The notes under the pieces are model-generated. The model did not search any database, was not told the DNA's origin, and saw only the letters and a list, made by a program, of their open reading frames with translations. A stretch of DNA of 64,000 nucleotides from positions 5,022,001 through 5,086,000 of the forward strand of contig CM075991.1 in NCBI GenBank assembly GCA_038087875.1, in the 5' to 3' direction. Both the position numbers and the translations under genes were made by a program. Position 1 is the first letter of the stretch. Each line of letters begins with the position of its first letter. Of this stretch, positions 24,292 through 38,750 are shown piece after piece. The stretch comes from Malacoraja senta. Lineage: Eukaryota.

Positions 24292-27059
24292 AATCTAAAT
24301 GGTGAAAAAGGCCAACGTCAATTTGCCCAAACTGGACGCGCCTCCCGCAGATGTAGTCGCCCAGACTCTAAGGAGCGTCTAGGAATGCTCACATGCTGCA
24401 AGGCTTGCAACGACACTGCTCCGAGCTCACCCACCATAGTTTTAATTTAGAAAGGGCCTCTTCAATGTTATCCAATCTGTTCCCACACTTTACATGAGCA
24501 TTAGTGAAAATATTCACCACCATCCCGGCTGGAAACGATGCCACCGTCCAACCAAAGGCCGGTCTTGATAAGCTTCCTCAGACCCCATCATCAAAGTCCC
24601 TCCATTCACCGAAGCCCACAGTCTAGGACTGCTGCTCTCCAAGAACCACAGTACAAAACCACACTGCGGTTTCTTGTCTCCTTTCAACCCACTTGAACAG
24701 CTAGTCTAGTCAGCAGAACTTGACTGACTTCAGTTGAAAAAGTCACTGTTACACCGTTCCCACTATCTTCCCCTTATACACCTGCTCAAACTGCAAACTT
24801 TAGCTATAAAACTAGCCCTCAAAAGATTAGTAACTTTGACTACCTACTTTGGAGAAACTTACTGAAAGAATATACACTCAATCTCACTCGCTCAACCAAA
24901 GCTGAATCATTTCAGCTACTCCAATGTTATGCTTCGCATAAATGGTAGTAGTCCACAGTTTATTAATCAATCAATCAATCAGTTTTATTCATCACATACA
25001 CAATATTTGCTGCAAGTTACTCCCACATGTTGCCACTGAGCTTCAAGGATGGTGTCACGCTCTTCTTTAGAAGCCTTAGAATAAGAATAACTCAACGGTC
25101 GGCGGCATCTCTGGAGAACGTGAATAGGTGGCGTTCCAGATCGGGACTCTTCTTCAGACTGATTGTAGTGGGGGGGGGGGTCGGGGGGCAAAGCTGGAAC
25201 AGAGATGGAGGCAGGAAAAAGCCTGGTAAGTGGATACAGGTGAGGAGGGGTTGAGGGCAGATAGTTGGATAAAGGCCAGAGGTGACAAGACAAAAAGCAT
25301 GAGATAAGGAGAGAGGGAGTGTGAAATGTAAAGCCAATTACAGTATGTCCCGCAGTTGAATCTTCCAAATAACTTCAAGTATTCATTTTCTTTACAAATT
25401 CACCCTTCAAATCCATTAACTTACTTTTCCTACTTGAGATGAAAGATTTGACATTTTAACTTACATTTTTTCACCAAGGATGCTGCCTTACCTGCTGAAT
25501 ATTTTCAACACTTTCTGTTTTTATTGCAGATTTCCAGCATGTGCAAGAGTTACATTCCTGGCAACTACAGTTCTTGATTATAATTCCTCTCAACCACCTC
25601 TCTCCATCGAATCAGTCACTTCCTTTGAACTGTTGGATCAGACCTTGCTTAGACTCCTGTACTTGCATTAACAGCCCAGTCTAGGCAATTTGTCTTCATA
25701 AATTAATCCTGTCATTTCCCTTATTATTCTGGTGAATTGGTACGACACTCTTTCCAAGATCTGTCATGGGGTTTTTTCGGACGTGTTTAAACTGGAAGTG
25801 AGCGTGGTTCCCTTAAACACCATTACCAACACTACCTCTGTAAGCTTTGCAAGAAACAACTTTAAATATTGTAAGAACATCCTCCATTTATCTTCTGGAA
25901 GTAATTAAGCTGCTTCTGGTCATACTCCTGCTCCTGCCTTACATGGGCACAATCCAATAGCTGATGTGCAGTGCCTAATTGGACCATGAATCTGTTTCCT
26001 TTAGCATTCATGTGAGGTTTGCACAGAAGGATGTATTTCCCAATTCATGCACTGCTGTGTGACATGGAGCAAGCAGAGTAATATTGGAGGTATTTTACCA
26101 TGAGTTATCAAGTAGCAATACACATATTTTCAGTTGAAATGTGATCTGAAAGGGAAAAAAAGGTCAACAATTATTTTAATTCAATACATATGAGGTGCAT
26201 TAATTAGATATTGAGAAATGAGGAAGTATGATGAAGTCCTGAAACAATTAGCACTGGCTTTCCAAATTTCGCTGTGCTTCAACTGTTCAGTAATCACATT
26301 TGTACTTGGCAATCTGTAACTTAAATAATAAAGGAGGGAATTCTTTTTTCAGCATTCAAAATATTTGCCAAGGCTACTGGCAAATATTTTGTCATGTGTA
26401 GTCAGTAGTGAAAGACCAAGAAGAGAAGAGGTATATTTGTAATGAAACAGTTAAACATAGTGATATAGTTGAAGGGATTATCTAAAACCAATGTTTGCCT
26501 ATGCCTGTCACATTCTTGGGTCTTTGTCTTTGAGTTGAACAACCATTTTGTTTACTGACCTACATTGGCATCTTGTTGTGTAATATAGTAACTTTTAAAT
26601 TCTTACCATGTGTCTGAATCTGTCCATGTACACTTGTCTCAAAATCTCCTCAAGCCTATACCAAACCAAGATCACAAGAGTCCTTCTTTCTTGGCCTCTT
26701 GACCATCCCTGAATTGAATTACATCGCCGTTAGTGGCCATGTCTTCAGCTGATGCTCACAGAGGGTGGTGATTCTCTGGAATCCTCTGGCCCGCAGAGCT
26801 GTGTGAGTTGGATCATTCGAGCAATTTAAAGAGAGTGTAGGTAATGTTTTGAAAGATTGTGGAAATCTGGACCACAGGTAGCTGGAAATAGAGATAGAAA
26901 CAAGCCTAGCCCATATCAGCCATGATAATATTAAAGAGCAACGCAATACTCAGGGATCAGGTGTTCTTCTCCTTCTCCTAATTTCCAAAGTTCTTGTATC
27001 AAAGACCCAAGTTCTGGAATTCACATAGTATTTAATGTTATTTACCATGCTACAAAGAT

Positions 27060-27690
27060 CCATTGACATCCTTCCATCTTCTCTGAAAATAGCATCACGG
27101 GTCAATAGGGTGGTCAAGAAGGCATTCGATACATTGGCTCAATTCATCATTGAGTATAGAAGTTGTGATGTTATGTTAAAGTTGTACAAGACATTAGTAA
27201 AGCCGCATTTAAAGTATTGTGTTCAGTTTGTGATCACCCTGCTATACGAAAGAAGTTGGTGAGCTGGAAAGTGTTCAGGGAAGATTTACGAGGATATTGT
27301 CAGGGCCTGAGAGTCTGAGCTATAGGGGGAGCTTATGCAGGCTAGAACTTTATGCACAGGAGGTTGAGGGGTGATCTTCTAGATTGGATAAGATCATGAG
27401 TGAATAGATAGGGTGAATGCACAGTCTTTTAACCAGAGTAGGCAAATCAAGAGGATATAGGTTTACGGTGAGAGGGGGAAGATTTAATAGGAACCTGAGG
27501 GGTAATTTGTTCACATAGAATAGAGGGTAGTGAATTTATGGAATGAGCTGCCAAAGGAGGTGGCTAAAGACAGTAATAAAATAAAATGTAAACTGCATTT
27601 GGATAGTGACATGAATTGGAAAGATTTAGAGGAATAAAGGGCGAATTATGGTAGGCGGGATTATCCTAGAAGGGACATTTATGTCTCCAT
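27060..27690 (+). mobile_element. Degenerate CR1 LINE 3' fragment
   Basis: VNRVVKKAF..LA..IEYRS.DVMLKLYKTLVKPHLKYCVQF. Confidence 0.75.
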
Positions 27691-30199
27691 CTTTGTACTA
27701 AAATGAGCTGGCATGTGTTGGACTAAACCAAGCTTGATTTTCAATTATTTTTTAATGAATGAGACACCATCAACAAATGTAGCTGCAAAAATAAATGTTC
27801 AGGACATTTCTCAGATCGCAGCCTTATAATTAGTCATTCTTACAGTGAATCTTCATGTATTAATTTTATTGTTTAGAACAAGTTATGGTCCCAGCCTGTT
27901 GGGAGTGGGTGGAAATACAAACTGAAATACTGTATTCTGGAAATGGAATTATGCCCAAAAGATTATTCATTGGCCAAAATTACTCCCCATTTAATGACAG
28001 GGCATGTGATACAACAGGGAAATTGTGAGCCAAGACTTATTATCTTGGCTGTGGTGGAAATTCCATGGGCCAAGTTTTTTTTGGATCTAGTCAACTTTTG
28101 GCAGAGCTGCATATGAAATGGAGCCTGCATTCTTTTATACGTGGAAAAACATGGGCATTGCAGTTGAAAGATGGGATCTTTGGGAAATCGCTTGAACCTC
28201 AATGTGACCCAACTGGGGACCCATCAGTTTGAAAGGGGCAGTTGTGACTTGCAATGCTTTTCTGAAAATCAGTGAAGCAAAGATAAAACTATTGCAAATG
28301 GCCAGATCATTTTGTCGACAATATTTGTTGATCTTACATTCGTCCAGAAACAATCCATAATCAGGCTCATGCTCTCCACATAGCATGTGTGTAGCAACAA
28401 ATTAATTATGTAGTGGCCATGACTTAAGCCGATTCTAGATTCAAGACCCCACAGCAGAAATCTTAACAAATAATCTATTGGAGTAGTTCACGGTTGTTGC
28501 ATTTTATCATCTCTTGAAGAATGATAAGGATTTTGTCCTGGCATCCTCGCCTAGATTTTATCATGAACAATACCAAATCTATTTATTAGGATATTATCAG
28601 ACCTGTTTGTGAGATCTTACCATGCACAATGGGCTGGATTGATTCATACAGTACAAGGGTGACTGTGCATCATAGGTATCCCATTTGTCTTCCACACTTT
28701 GGTATGTTGAATGAGAATGCACATCTTTATTTTTCTTTGGGTACACATTTTGGAAGACATCGATAAAGTGCTGAACTAGAAGCTTGTAATGAAAATCAAG
28801 ACACATGGCATTAAAAGGATGTAATAACCTTGTGGTTAAGTTCATGGATCCAGTACTGTGGTAAATTCAAAAGAACTGCCAAATCTGTAAATATGAACTA
28901 AAAACAAAAAATGCTGGAAACACTCAGCAGGTGAGACAGCATCTCTGGAAAGAAAGACAATTAACATTTCACTTCTTGAGTCAGGAAGGCACAATGAAGA
29001 TGAAGTATTGTTCCTCAAGCTTGCCTGAGTAGCAAGGTAAAAGTACACAAAAGATAGACACAAAATACTGGAGTAACTCAGCAGGACAGGCATCATCTCT
29101 GGAGAGAAGGAATGGGAGAGTCAAGGGACAGGGAATCGAGAGATATAGACGGTGATGTACGTTTCTCTTTCCCCTCACTCTCAGACTGAAGAAGGGTCTC
29201 GACCCAAAAAGTCACCCATTCCTTCTCCCCAGAGTTGCTACTGTCCTGCTGAGTAACTCCAACATTTTATGTCTACTTTCGGTTTAAACCAGCATCTGCA
29301 GTTCTTACCTACCTACACAAGGTAACAAAGCAAGTGGGCACTGACAGAAATTTCAGTGTAGGAGTGGGTTCATGAATTAATGTGAAGGTAAATGCAAGAT
29401 AAGGGTCACTCTTGCAGCGTGAACATCAGCGGGCCGCAAGCTGCATTTTGTTTCTCCAGTGTAGCGTTGTCTCAGGCCTCCTGCTCTGTTGAAACAAGGT
29501 CTGATGTCAATGTGAGGGAGAACATTTCATTTTCCCTCTGGAGACTTTGCAGCTTTCTGGTTGCAATGGACAATAGACAATAGGTGCAGGAGTAAGCCAT
29601 TCAGCCCTTCAAGCCAGCAGCACCATTCAATGTGATCATGCTGAATTATCTGCTGTTAAGTAATTCACTTAACCTTCTGTTATAGCAGAAATGTTCATCT
29701 ATGTTTGTTATTATTTTTGCTCAATTTTTCTTCTGCTGATTCTATAGTCTGACATTGAACAACACCCTGCAATCAAATCTCAGACAAGTTTATAATTGAA
29801 CCCAATAGCCCATTTGTACTCACCCGATCAGGAATATTCTCCTTATTCTTTCCATCACTTTATTTCCTACTGAAAAGTAATTTTCCCTGTTCTGATGCAA
29901 GAATGTTTGTCCGTCCACCCACCTGGCCCAACCTGCTTCCACTGAATATATTATGCTTGTCATGCAGTGACTATGTCAGGGACACATTCTTAAGAATAAT
30001 AGAATATTAGATGAATGTGTTTAAGAAGGAACTGCAGATGCTGGAAAATCGAAGGTAGACAAAAATGCTGGAGAAACTCAGCGGGTGTGGCAGCATCTAT
30101 GGAGCGAAGGAAATAGGCAACGTTTTGGGTTGAAACCCTTCTTCAGACATTTTAGATAAATGTGATTTGATTTTGGGGGATAAAGAAGGTTTAATAAGA

Positions 30200-30920
30200 T
30201 AAGGCATACACCATGAATGGATGGCCCATTATGAGTATTGAAGAACAAAGGGACCTTGTGTGTAAATCTAAGCATACCTGAAGGTGGCAGCACAGGTGGA
30301 GAAGCTGGTACAAGTAGGAAAGCAGGATGCTTGCCTTGGTTAACTGGGACATAATTAACAAGATCAGGAAGTTTTGCCTGCAACTCTATGAAATATTGGT
30401 TCAGTCGCAGCTGGAATATTGTGCGCGTTTCTGGTCACCGCCCTATCAGAGGGACATCATTGCATTGGATAGAGTGCAATGGGGATTCTCCAGGACGGAA
30501 TAGTTCGGTTATGAGGAGAAGCTGAATTGGCTGTGGGTGTTTTATTTGGAGCAGAGACGGCTAAGAAGAACCGGATGAAAGTATGCAAAATTATGAAAGG
30601 AACAGATAGTGTAGACAGGGAGAAAATTTACCCTCTGGCAGAGATGTCCAAGACCAAAAGGCAAAGGTTTAAGATGAGGAGAAAGAGGTTAGATTGGAGA
30701 GAGAGAAAAAATCCCCCGGCGGGTGGTTACAATATGTAACTGAAAAACCCGTGGAAACAGATATTCTTAAAATATTTAAGAAGCGCCTGGACAAACAATT
30801 GAATTGCCAATGTATACGAGACTACAGGCCGGGCAAATGGTCCAAATGAAGTATTGTAGATAGAGTTTTGATGATTGGCTTTGGGACGGTCGGCTGCCGA
30901 GCCTGCTTCTGTGCTATCTA
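30200..30920 (+). mobile_element. Degenerate CR1 LINE 3' fragment
   Basis: LQLYEILVQSQLEYCARFWSP and KIMKGTDSVDREKIYPL remnants. Confidence 0.7.
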
Positions 30921-33491
30921 GCTGACTCGAAAACATTTGCAACAAATGGCATTTAACGGTAATCTGCATAACATTGGAGGAGAAGGGGATAAATATGTCT
31001 TGTTGGTGGGACTGGAAGGAGGAAACGAGATGAGGCAATTGTTCCGAGCCTGAAGGTTGCTATGAAGTGTACATTCGAAATTATTCGAAATCACTTGGAA
31101 GTAAACACGAGAATAAAATTGAAAATTGGTATATATGCCGTGTGAGTAAATATATACCGTGGGCCAATTGAGAAAATGTATAAATGGCTGGAGAAGGATA
31201 AAAAATGTTAAGGCAATCCCAAGCAAGCAACTAATACAATTAAGCGCAGGGAGCTGTGCGGCAGTTTGTTTTAAGAAACGAGTCAGGCCACGTTGTGCAG
31301 GATACGAGAGAAAGCAAAGTGCAAATATGTTCGGGTGGAATCTGGACGGTAAACGCATAAAACAGTGAATGTGCATTTCCAAACGAAAGTAATTAAAAAA
31401 AACAAAGATATTGACGGTGAAATTAAACACTAACAAAATACACTGACGTAGTAAAGCTCGGCGAGACCGCCTTATGTCCCTCCGCCATATCACCCCAAAG
31501 TACCATACATACAATGCAAACATTCATTTCATCCGCACATCTCCTACGGATATTGAACTGATTCAATTTATTTGGAGTATTCCAAACATTGGAATAATCG
31601 TGTGTATTTCTAATCTTTTATATCAGATTATCGAACGGTCAGGAAAAAGTAAATGACGAAATCCACTCGAATAATGTCGAGCGCAATGGATTAGTTAAGA
31701 AAAGATATTGGTTCAAATCGGCGAGTTTTCGCTGTGATCTTCGTGAAGGTTAAGACTGGATCTGGTAGAGGTTTTCTGCGCACGAAAGTTTTAAAGATGG
31801 TAAATCCTAGCGTTTGTTTTTGTGCATTTTTACTATTAACATTGAGAAATTGAATTTCAACGATCTCTCGAAAAATGACCGGGATTAGCTAGAAGCAATC
31901 GTTTTTATACCTTATTATTGAATTCTGGTTGTTTTTTTCACACAATCTTTGAGGATTTTTGAAAAGGGATCATTATTTCGAATTGATTAGATAGAAGCGG
32001 GTACACAGAGTCTACACAGCTGGGTACACTTGGATCAATGTACGGCTGCTGTACAGTAAGTTTATTCAGTGGAACTGTGTCCGGGCTACCGTTGTTTCTA
32101 CCCGACGCGCTAGTTTCGAGCTGGGGTTATCGAGTCAGTTCTATTCGAAAAATAGACACAAAAAACTGGAGTAGCATCTCTGGAGAGAAGGAATGGGTGA
32201 CGTTTCGGGTGGAGACCCTTCTTCAGACTCAGTCGCCCATTCCTTCCCTCCAGAGATGCTGCCTGTCCCGCTGAGTTGCTCCAGCTTTTTGTGTCTATCT
32301 TCGGTTTAAACCAGCATCTGCCGTTCCTTCTTACACAGTTCTATTCGGACACTGACACATAGTCGCAATACAGTTGCCTCCCCATTTAAGATCCCCAATT
32401 CAGGATTTGAAATAGTCGGCAACACGATTCACCGACGTACCCACAAAAGTATAAAGAATTCGCTCTAATTTGTTGCCGAGGCAGGTAGTATATATAGAAG
32501 ACGAAGAATTGTAAAAATAAGTTTAATAATATGTCAACTGCAAGTTTACCATTACTTAAAACTTAAATGAATATCATAGGATTTTCTACAATTTATTTTC
32601 TCACTTAAAAACCTCACACATAAAATATTGCATTTTCTGTATATCTATATTTTCCCAATACTTAACATTTAAATCCATACTCTGTGACAATATAAGGATC
32701 AAAAGCAAACAAGGTCCAGCTGTAAGCCATTGTTGTTATTTCAATTTGACCTCTCAGGTATTCCTCCCCACAACTCATTTTCACCCCCCCCCCCCCCAAA
32801 AACAGAAATCGGAAAGGACCCTTCTAACGGCTAAAGCTAAGGGCGGTGTTTTTTTGTGAAAAATCTAAAGGGTAGCTCTCTAATTTCAGGGCAGCAGGGT
32901 TTTCACACGAAGAAATGAGGAAAGATTTGACAAGTGTGCTTATCTTACTGTTTACAATTGTGCAAAAAATCGCTCCTGCAGTACATTCTGTGAGTGCAAT
33001 CGCATTGACAATTCAGACTGACTAGAGAAAGAATCTCAGGAAACCTTAGTACCGCCACACCGTGTCTCTGGGTGCAGAATAAGGTATATCACGCGTTATA
33101 GATGGAACTGGGAACGTTATGCTGGTCTTCCAAGGGCAACTGCTCATAACTTAGATCTCTGAGAATATATATTGTCTGAAAATTCTACTTTTTTGAAATG
33201 GCTTTTCCCCCTCTCCTGTTGTCTATGATAGATTATGTAATTCCAAATTGTGTAAACACGTCACGGCGAAAGCCACTGCACTGCCAGTGAAAGTCTTGCT
33301 ATTAGGCACTGGAGACCTAAGTAGCTAGAATATTGAACAGAAAATAACCCGAGTTTGTTTATTGTGGAAAACCTGAATATACCATGATTTGCTGGTTTAT
33401 CTACGGGTCTGATATTGTGATACGGACAGAGGGGGGCGGGAAGGTGCGTGACAGCATTTTCCCAAACCATTTCATCTCAACCTCTCTACTG

Positions 33492-34721
33492 TCAGAGCAC
33501 CGATTCCAAAGTGCATCGGGCATCCCCGTTGACTTGGTGAGATGTCGCCTTTTCACTCCGGGTGCTGGACCGGCTGCTGTGGGAGTTCTCCGGGGGCTCC
33601 TGGACTTCAGCAGGCGTCCGGGTGGAGTTCGGCCACCCGAAGGGACACGGGCAGTAAGGGCTGGCGCCTCGGAGCTCAGGCTCCTCGGCTGTCCTGCCGA
33701 GACACAGGATCTCCTTGAAGGCTCTTCTGAAGTCAGAGCTCCGACAGTAGATGAAAGGGTTAAAGCCAGAGTTCACGTATCCTAGCCAGTTACAGAAGAG
33801 AAAGAGTGTCCTCGGAATCCGGTTCCTGAATACCACTTGCACTATGTTGAAAAGAAAGAATGGCAACCAGCAGAGAGTAAATGTCCCCATGATGATACCC
33901 AAGGTCTTCAGAGCTTTGTGGTCTTTCAGGGCCAGCAGCTTAGAAGGTCTCCTTTTGTTGCACTTGTTTTGTGGATGGCCGTCTCCTATCCTCGGTTTGT
34001 TCCTCTCCATCTTCTTCATCTGCTTCTTGGCCTCGCTGAAGACCTTGGAGTACAGGAGGATCATGATCACCAGCGGGATGTAGAAGGATATGGTGGAGGA
34101 CAGGATGGCGTAAGGCCAATTGGTCACGAAGTCGCAGCAGGTGGGTTCCCTGTAGCACTGCTGGGCAAGTGGATCCGAATCCTCCCACCAACGGTTCATG
34201 ATGGGCAGGAAGGAGATCAGGGCGGAGATGGCCCAGACCAGGCACACAATCGCCCTGGCCCTGGCTTTGGTCAACAGGCTCATGTACCTCAAGGGAGAGG
34301 TAATGGCGATGTACCTGTCGATGGCAATAACGCAGAGAGTCTCAATGCTGGCCGTCACGCACAGCACGTCCACAGAGGTCCAAAACTCGCAGAAAGGAGA
34401 GTCCAAGAGCCACTTGTTGGTCACCACGATAGTGGCGCCCAGTGGCACCACGAACACGCCCATGATCAGGTCGGCACACGCCAGCGAGGTGATAAAGACG
34501 TTGGTGAGGGTCTGGAGCCGCGGGTTCTTGGCGATGGCCAGGATCACGAGTAGGTTGCCCAGCACGATGATCAGGATGATCACGGTGAAGACCACGGCCA
34601 GAACACATTGCTTGGACCATGACAACTCTCCACTTGACAGGGGGTTGGCCTGCGCCGTGTCATTCACACCTCGCAACCCTTCCATGCTGAGGTTGCAAAC
34701 TGCCCCCGGAATCCCGCACAT
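33492..34721 (-). CDS. adrb3: Beta-adrenergic receptor, most like beta-3 (beta-4C-like); single exon, 409 aa (397 aa from ATG 34685)
   Basis: Intact 7[60 protein letters not shown] (amine-binding Asp), [17 protein letters not shown] (catechol Ser), [39 protein letters not shown]. Subtype assignment (beta-3 vs beta-1) is less certain than the family call. Confidence 0.88.
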   Translation of the reverse strand: MCGIPGAVCNLSMEGLRGVNDTAQANPLSSGELSWSKQCVLAVVFTVIILIIVLGNLLVILAIAKNPRLQTLTNVFITSLACADLIMGVFVVPLGATIVVTNKWLLDSPFCEFWTSVDVLCVTASIETLCVIAIDRYIAITSPLRYMSLLTKARARAIVCLVWAISALISFLPIMNRWWEDSDPLAQQCYREPTCCDFVTNWPYAILSSTISFYIPLVIMILLYSKVFSEAKKQMKKMERNKPRIGDGHPQNKCNKRRPSKLLALKDHKALKTLGIIMGTFTLCWLPFFLFNIVQVVFRNRIPRTLFLFCNWLGYVNSGFNPFIYCRSSDFRRAFKEILCLGRTAEEPELRGASPYCPCPFGWPNSTRTPAEVQEPPENSHSSRSSTRSEKATSHQVNGDARCTLESVL

Positions 34722-34793
34722 TCAGGAGGCCGCCAGCAAGCTGGGACCATCTTCCTCCGTCGCTGTCTGTGCCTGTGTGATTCTCTCCCCCCC

Positions 34794-34827
<34 letters not shown>

Positions 34828-34844
34828 AGTAGGTTTAAACCCAG

Positions 34845-34900
34845 ATTATGAATATCCATACGTCACCACGCCAACAACAAATCACATTCGGCTCCAATGG
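34845..34900 (-). promoter_or_regulatory. Candidate proximal promoter: CRE-like TGACGTA, AT-rich box, CCAAT
   Basis: Minus strand reads ggTGACGTAtggatattcataat at ~34845-34867; ccaat at ~34894. It lies ~130-180 bp upstream of the ATG. Confidence 0.35.
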
Positions 34901-35030
34901 GGAGCAGGGAAGTGCTTTTCTAATCTCCTTTAACGCTTTCGGGGTCGTATTTCAACGGGTTAGCGGTATTATTTACGTCTAATGTAAATTGTAACATAAA
35001 TTATCAGGAAGCGTTGGATCTGTGTTTGCA

Positions 35031-35032
35031 GG

Positions 35033-35087
<55 letters not shown>

Positions 35088-35144
35088 CGAGAGTGTGTGT
35101 GTGAGTGTGCGTGCGTGTGTTTGTGTGTGAGAGTGAGAGAGAGA

Positions 35145-35189
<45 letters not shown>

Positions 35190-35283
35190 CGTGCGTGTGT
35201 TTGTCTGTGTGTGTGTGAGAGAGAGAGAGTGAGAGTGAGAGAGAGAGTGTGTGTGAGAGAGAGAGAGTGTGCGTGCGTGTGTT

Positions 35284-35371
<88 letters not shown>
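35031..35371. repeat. Compound (GT)n/(GA)n microsatellite upstream of adrb3; shorter (CT)n at 34794-34827
   Basis: Directly visible. Confidence 0.97.
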
Positions 35372-35374
<3 letters not shown>

Positions 35375-36829
35375 TTATCGGTGCATTTATGTGTACACAA
35401 GTCTACATATGTGTACACATTAGAAGCCCTTTATCGATACGCCACTGGGTCTTTCGCCCTCTCACACCATCTCAACACATCACGACTTTTGAACTCTGCC
35501 GCTTTAATGCAGGGAACGGGACTTGATCTGTGAGTAGCAAACTCCATCAAATAGTAATCTGTAAATCTCCCATTCCTTCTCTCCAGAGATGCCGCCTGTT
35601 CCGCTGAGTTACTCCGGCGTTTTGTGTCCATCCTACACAATCTATCCAGGTGGTGTGTTTTTTTTAACAGTTGGCCAAATTAGTGCTATTCACTGAAACA
35701 AACGCCACTTTCAGCAGAGCAGCACTCCGACGGTACTATATGGGACTGGAAAGAAAGCTCGATTCCCACAATTTTCTAACTCGGAGGAGTATTACCTACC
35801 CAGGCCTTTGCCTGTTTCTGCGTGTGCGTGATGCCCGCCTATTTATCAGTACATTTCGTACAAATCCCGTTTACCGAGCTTCTGCCTGTTTGCTCGTATT
35901 TTCCATAATTTTGTCGCTCGGCTGAGACTTCAACAATCGCGGAGAGCTACCAATATAACCTTTAGATTTCCAGCCCATCCCACCGATTTTACACCGTGTT
36001 CAGACATGCTCGTTCTCCTGATAATATTCCAACGTAAAATGCAATTGAAGAGCGGACAGAAAGAATGCCAGAGTTCCAATTTGGATTTTTTTTTTTGTGG
36101 CCAATGCAAATTTCACGCGAGAGTGGCTGGAGGACGCACGAGTTATGTATTGTAATATTATTTAACGGACCCAGTCACAACAGAGACTATTTTAAAAGTC
36201 ACCGTCATCAAAAATTTAGCTCAACAAATATTGTTGAGCTAGATTTAAAGTTAACCCTTGACTCAACAATTCGTTGTGATATTCAAGGATGCAGAGTAAA
36301 TGTTCTTACGAACCACCCCTACATCCTATCAATTAGTGTATACTAGTATGAATCGCCGACACGTGAAAAACAAATTTCCCGTTCATATAGGTCAGGAGTA
36401 ACGTGGGGACGATTTGACAATTAAAATGGAGCGAAAGAGAATTTATTTTGACCCAAAAAGTACTGAGATCAGAAACTCCCTATCAAGCGGTTACAGCTCT
36501 CATCAAAACAAAATGGCTTGCTGCAGTATAATGAACAAATCTTTAGTAACTCAGCGGGTCAGGTAGAATCTCTGGATGGAAGGAATCGATGACGTTTCCG
36601 GTCGAGACCCTTCTTCAGATTTTATCTTCGGTGTAAACCAGCATCTGCAATTCCTTCCCACACAAGAAAAAATCTTTAGGTTGGGTTCTAGGAATTTCAT
36701 AAGAGCCATGGATATTTAGTTAGAGGGATTTTTTCCCCATGGCAGGTGATTGATAATATAGATTTTGTAAAAAGAAGTGGGAGATTTAAAGGGTATCTGA
36801 GTAAGTTAGATAGTTTCGTTCAGAGGCAC

Positions 36830-37108
36830 AGTACGGATATAGACCTTTCGGCCCAACACGCCGACCAGCGATCTCCGCACATAAACACTATCCAAACAAA
36901 CTAGGGACAATTTACGATTATAGCAAGACAATTAACCTGCAAACCTGTACTTCTTTGGAGTGTTGGGGGAAACCGGAGCACCCGGGAAAACCCCACGCAG
37001 GTCACGGGGAGAATGTATAAACTCCGTACATACGCATCCATTGCAGGATCGAAACCGGGTCGCTGGCGCTGAAAGACTGTAACACCACCGCTACGCCACC
37101 GTGCACCC
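36830..37108 (-). mobile_element. HE1-like SINE, near full length
   Basis: Minus strand has tRNA-like head ggtgcacggtggcgtagcggt...cccggtttcgatcc, V-domain and CR1 tail. Confidence 0.75.
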
Positions 37109-38750
37109 CCACAAATTATTTTGTTCACCCAAATGTAATTATAAGGCATCAGGAATGCACTTCACGAGAGGGTGGTGGAGGCAGGTAATCTTACAATATT
37201 GCAAACATGAAATATCTAGGCGAGCACTTGAATTGCCACGGCATTGGTGGCCATGGTCCATGTGCAGGTAACTGTGAATGAGACAGATAACCGGCCGACT
37301 TGAGCGTGATGGGCCGAAGGACCCGTTTCCCTCCTGTGCGACTCTCAGTAGGAGTAATTCAAAGTAATTTGTTCTCTGGTCTGGTGAATCGAATGGCTTC
37401 ATAGAACACAGAACTGAGAACAGTACAGCGCAGGAACAGTGCACATCGGCCCACAATGTCTGCGTGACACACGGTGCCTGCACGTAATCCAAATCCCTCC
37501 ATTCCCTGCATATTAATATACCTATTCAAAACTATCGTGTCTGCCTATGGTATCGTGTTCCAGCCACTCGCCATCCTTTGTGTAAGTAAACTTGCTGCGC
37601 ACATCTCATTTAAACTTTCGAGATAGACACAAAATGCTGGAGTAACTCAGCGGGACAGAAGGAATCATCGCTGGAGAGAAGGAATGGGTGACCTGTCGGG
37701 TCGAGACCCTTCTTCAGACTTTAAACTTTGCCCCGCTCACCTTAATGATAATGTTTTTTCCATCAAAGACTAGCGGGTATAGTCTCTTTCTCTGAATCTA
37801 TAAAAAAAAATGGTGGAAGTTGTAACCTAAGTTTAAGTCCGGAAAATAAAAGTCGCTTACCTGCCATTTTTCTAAAGTATCCAAAAACATTTTGGGAAAC
37901 TTTGCAGTTACGCAGATAAAGCGGCTCTTATTCTTGGTTTACTGCTCCTAACATTCTCAACGATGGCATTCTCCATCATTGAGAATACTAATCATTTATC
38001 TTAATCCCCAGTATTAAGAACATCAAACTTGGCCTTTCCAATAGGCTTTAAATAATCAGTTACAGTGGCGACATTAACATCCTTGCACATTCAATTGGTC
38101 AACAGTTTACCTCTCCGAGTGCATGGAGGCACCGGGCGAGGCCCGGGGATCCTGCTGCTTCTCTCGAACTGGCTTAGAGTCATAGGTATAGATACAGCAT
38201 GGAAACAGGCCTTGCGGCCCAAAATGTCTGAACAAGATACGCATCTTGGTTAGTCCCATTCCAAACCTTTCCTATCCATGTACCTGTTCAAATGCATTTT
38301 TAATGCTATTATACCTACCTCTGCTACTTTCTCGCTCAATATACCCACCACCCTGTGTGGAAAATTTTTCCCCTCAGTTTCCCATTCAATTTCTCCCCTC
38401 TCACCTTGTGTGAAAGTCGGAGACGACGCGGTGATAGCCCCGGGCAATATGTTGTCTGATAGATGGATTTTACCAGCTGGGAAACACGTCCTTCAACTAG
38501 TCCCGATCTAATTCAATTTTCTTCTTACAAATTCCCATCAGTTCCCCCATATTCTATCACATATCTAAAAGACAGGGGTAAATTACAGAGACCAACGAAT
38601 TTACCCTCCTGGGTGTCTTTGGGATGTGAGAGGAAACAGGACATCTGCAAGGCCACAGAGTGTAAACATGCAAAGTCCACACAGCCAGCGCCGGGTATCA
38701 GGTTCCAACCTGAGTCTCTTTGGAGCTGTGAGGCAGCAGCTCTGATGGCT

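Noticed and set aside
30918..31523. 201-aa minus-strand ORF
   Set aside because: No recognisable domain; composition reflects T-rich noncoding sequence.
33384..34851. Long plus-strand ORFs (238, 217, 133, 110 aa)
   Set aside because: Antisense shadows of the GC-rich adrb3 CDS with no independent motifs.
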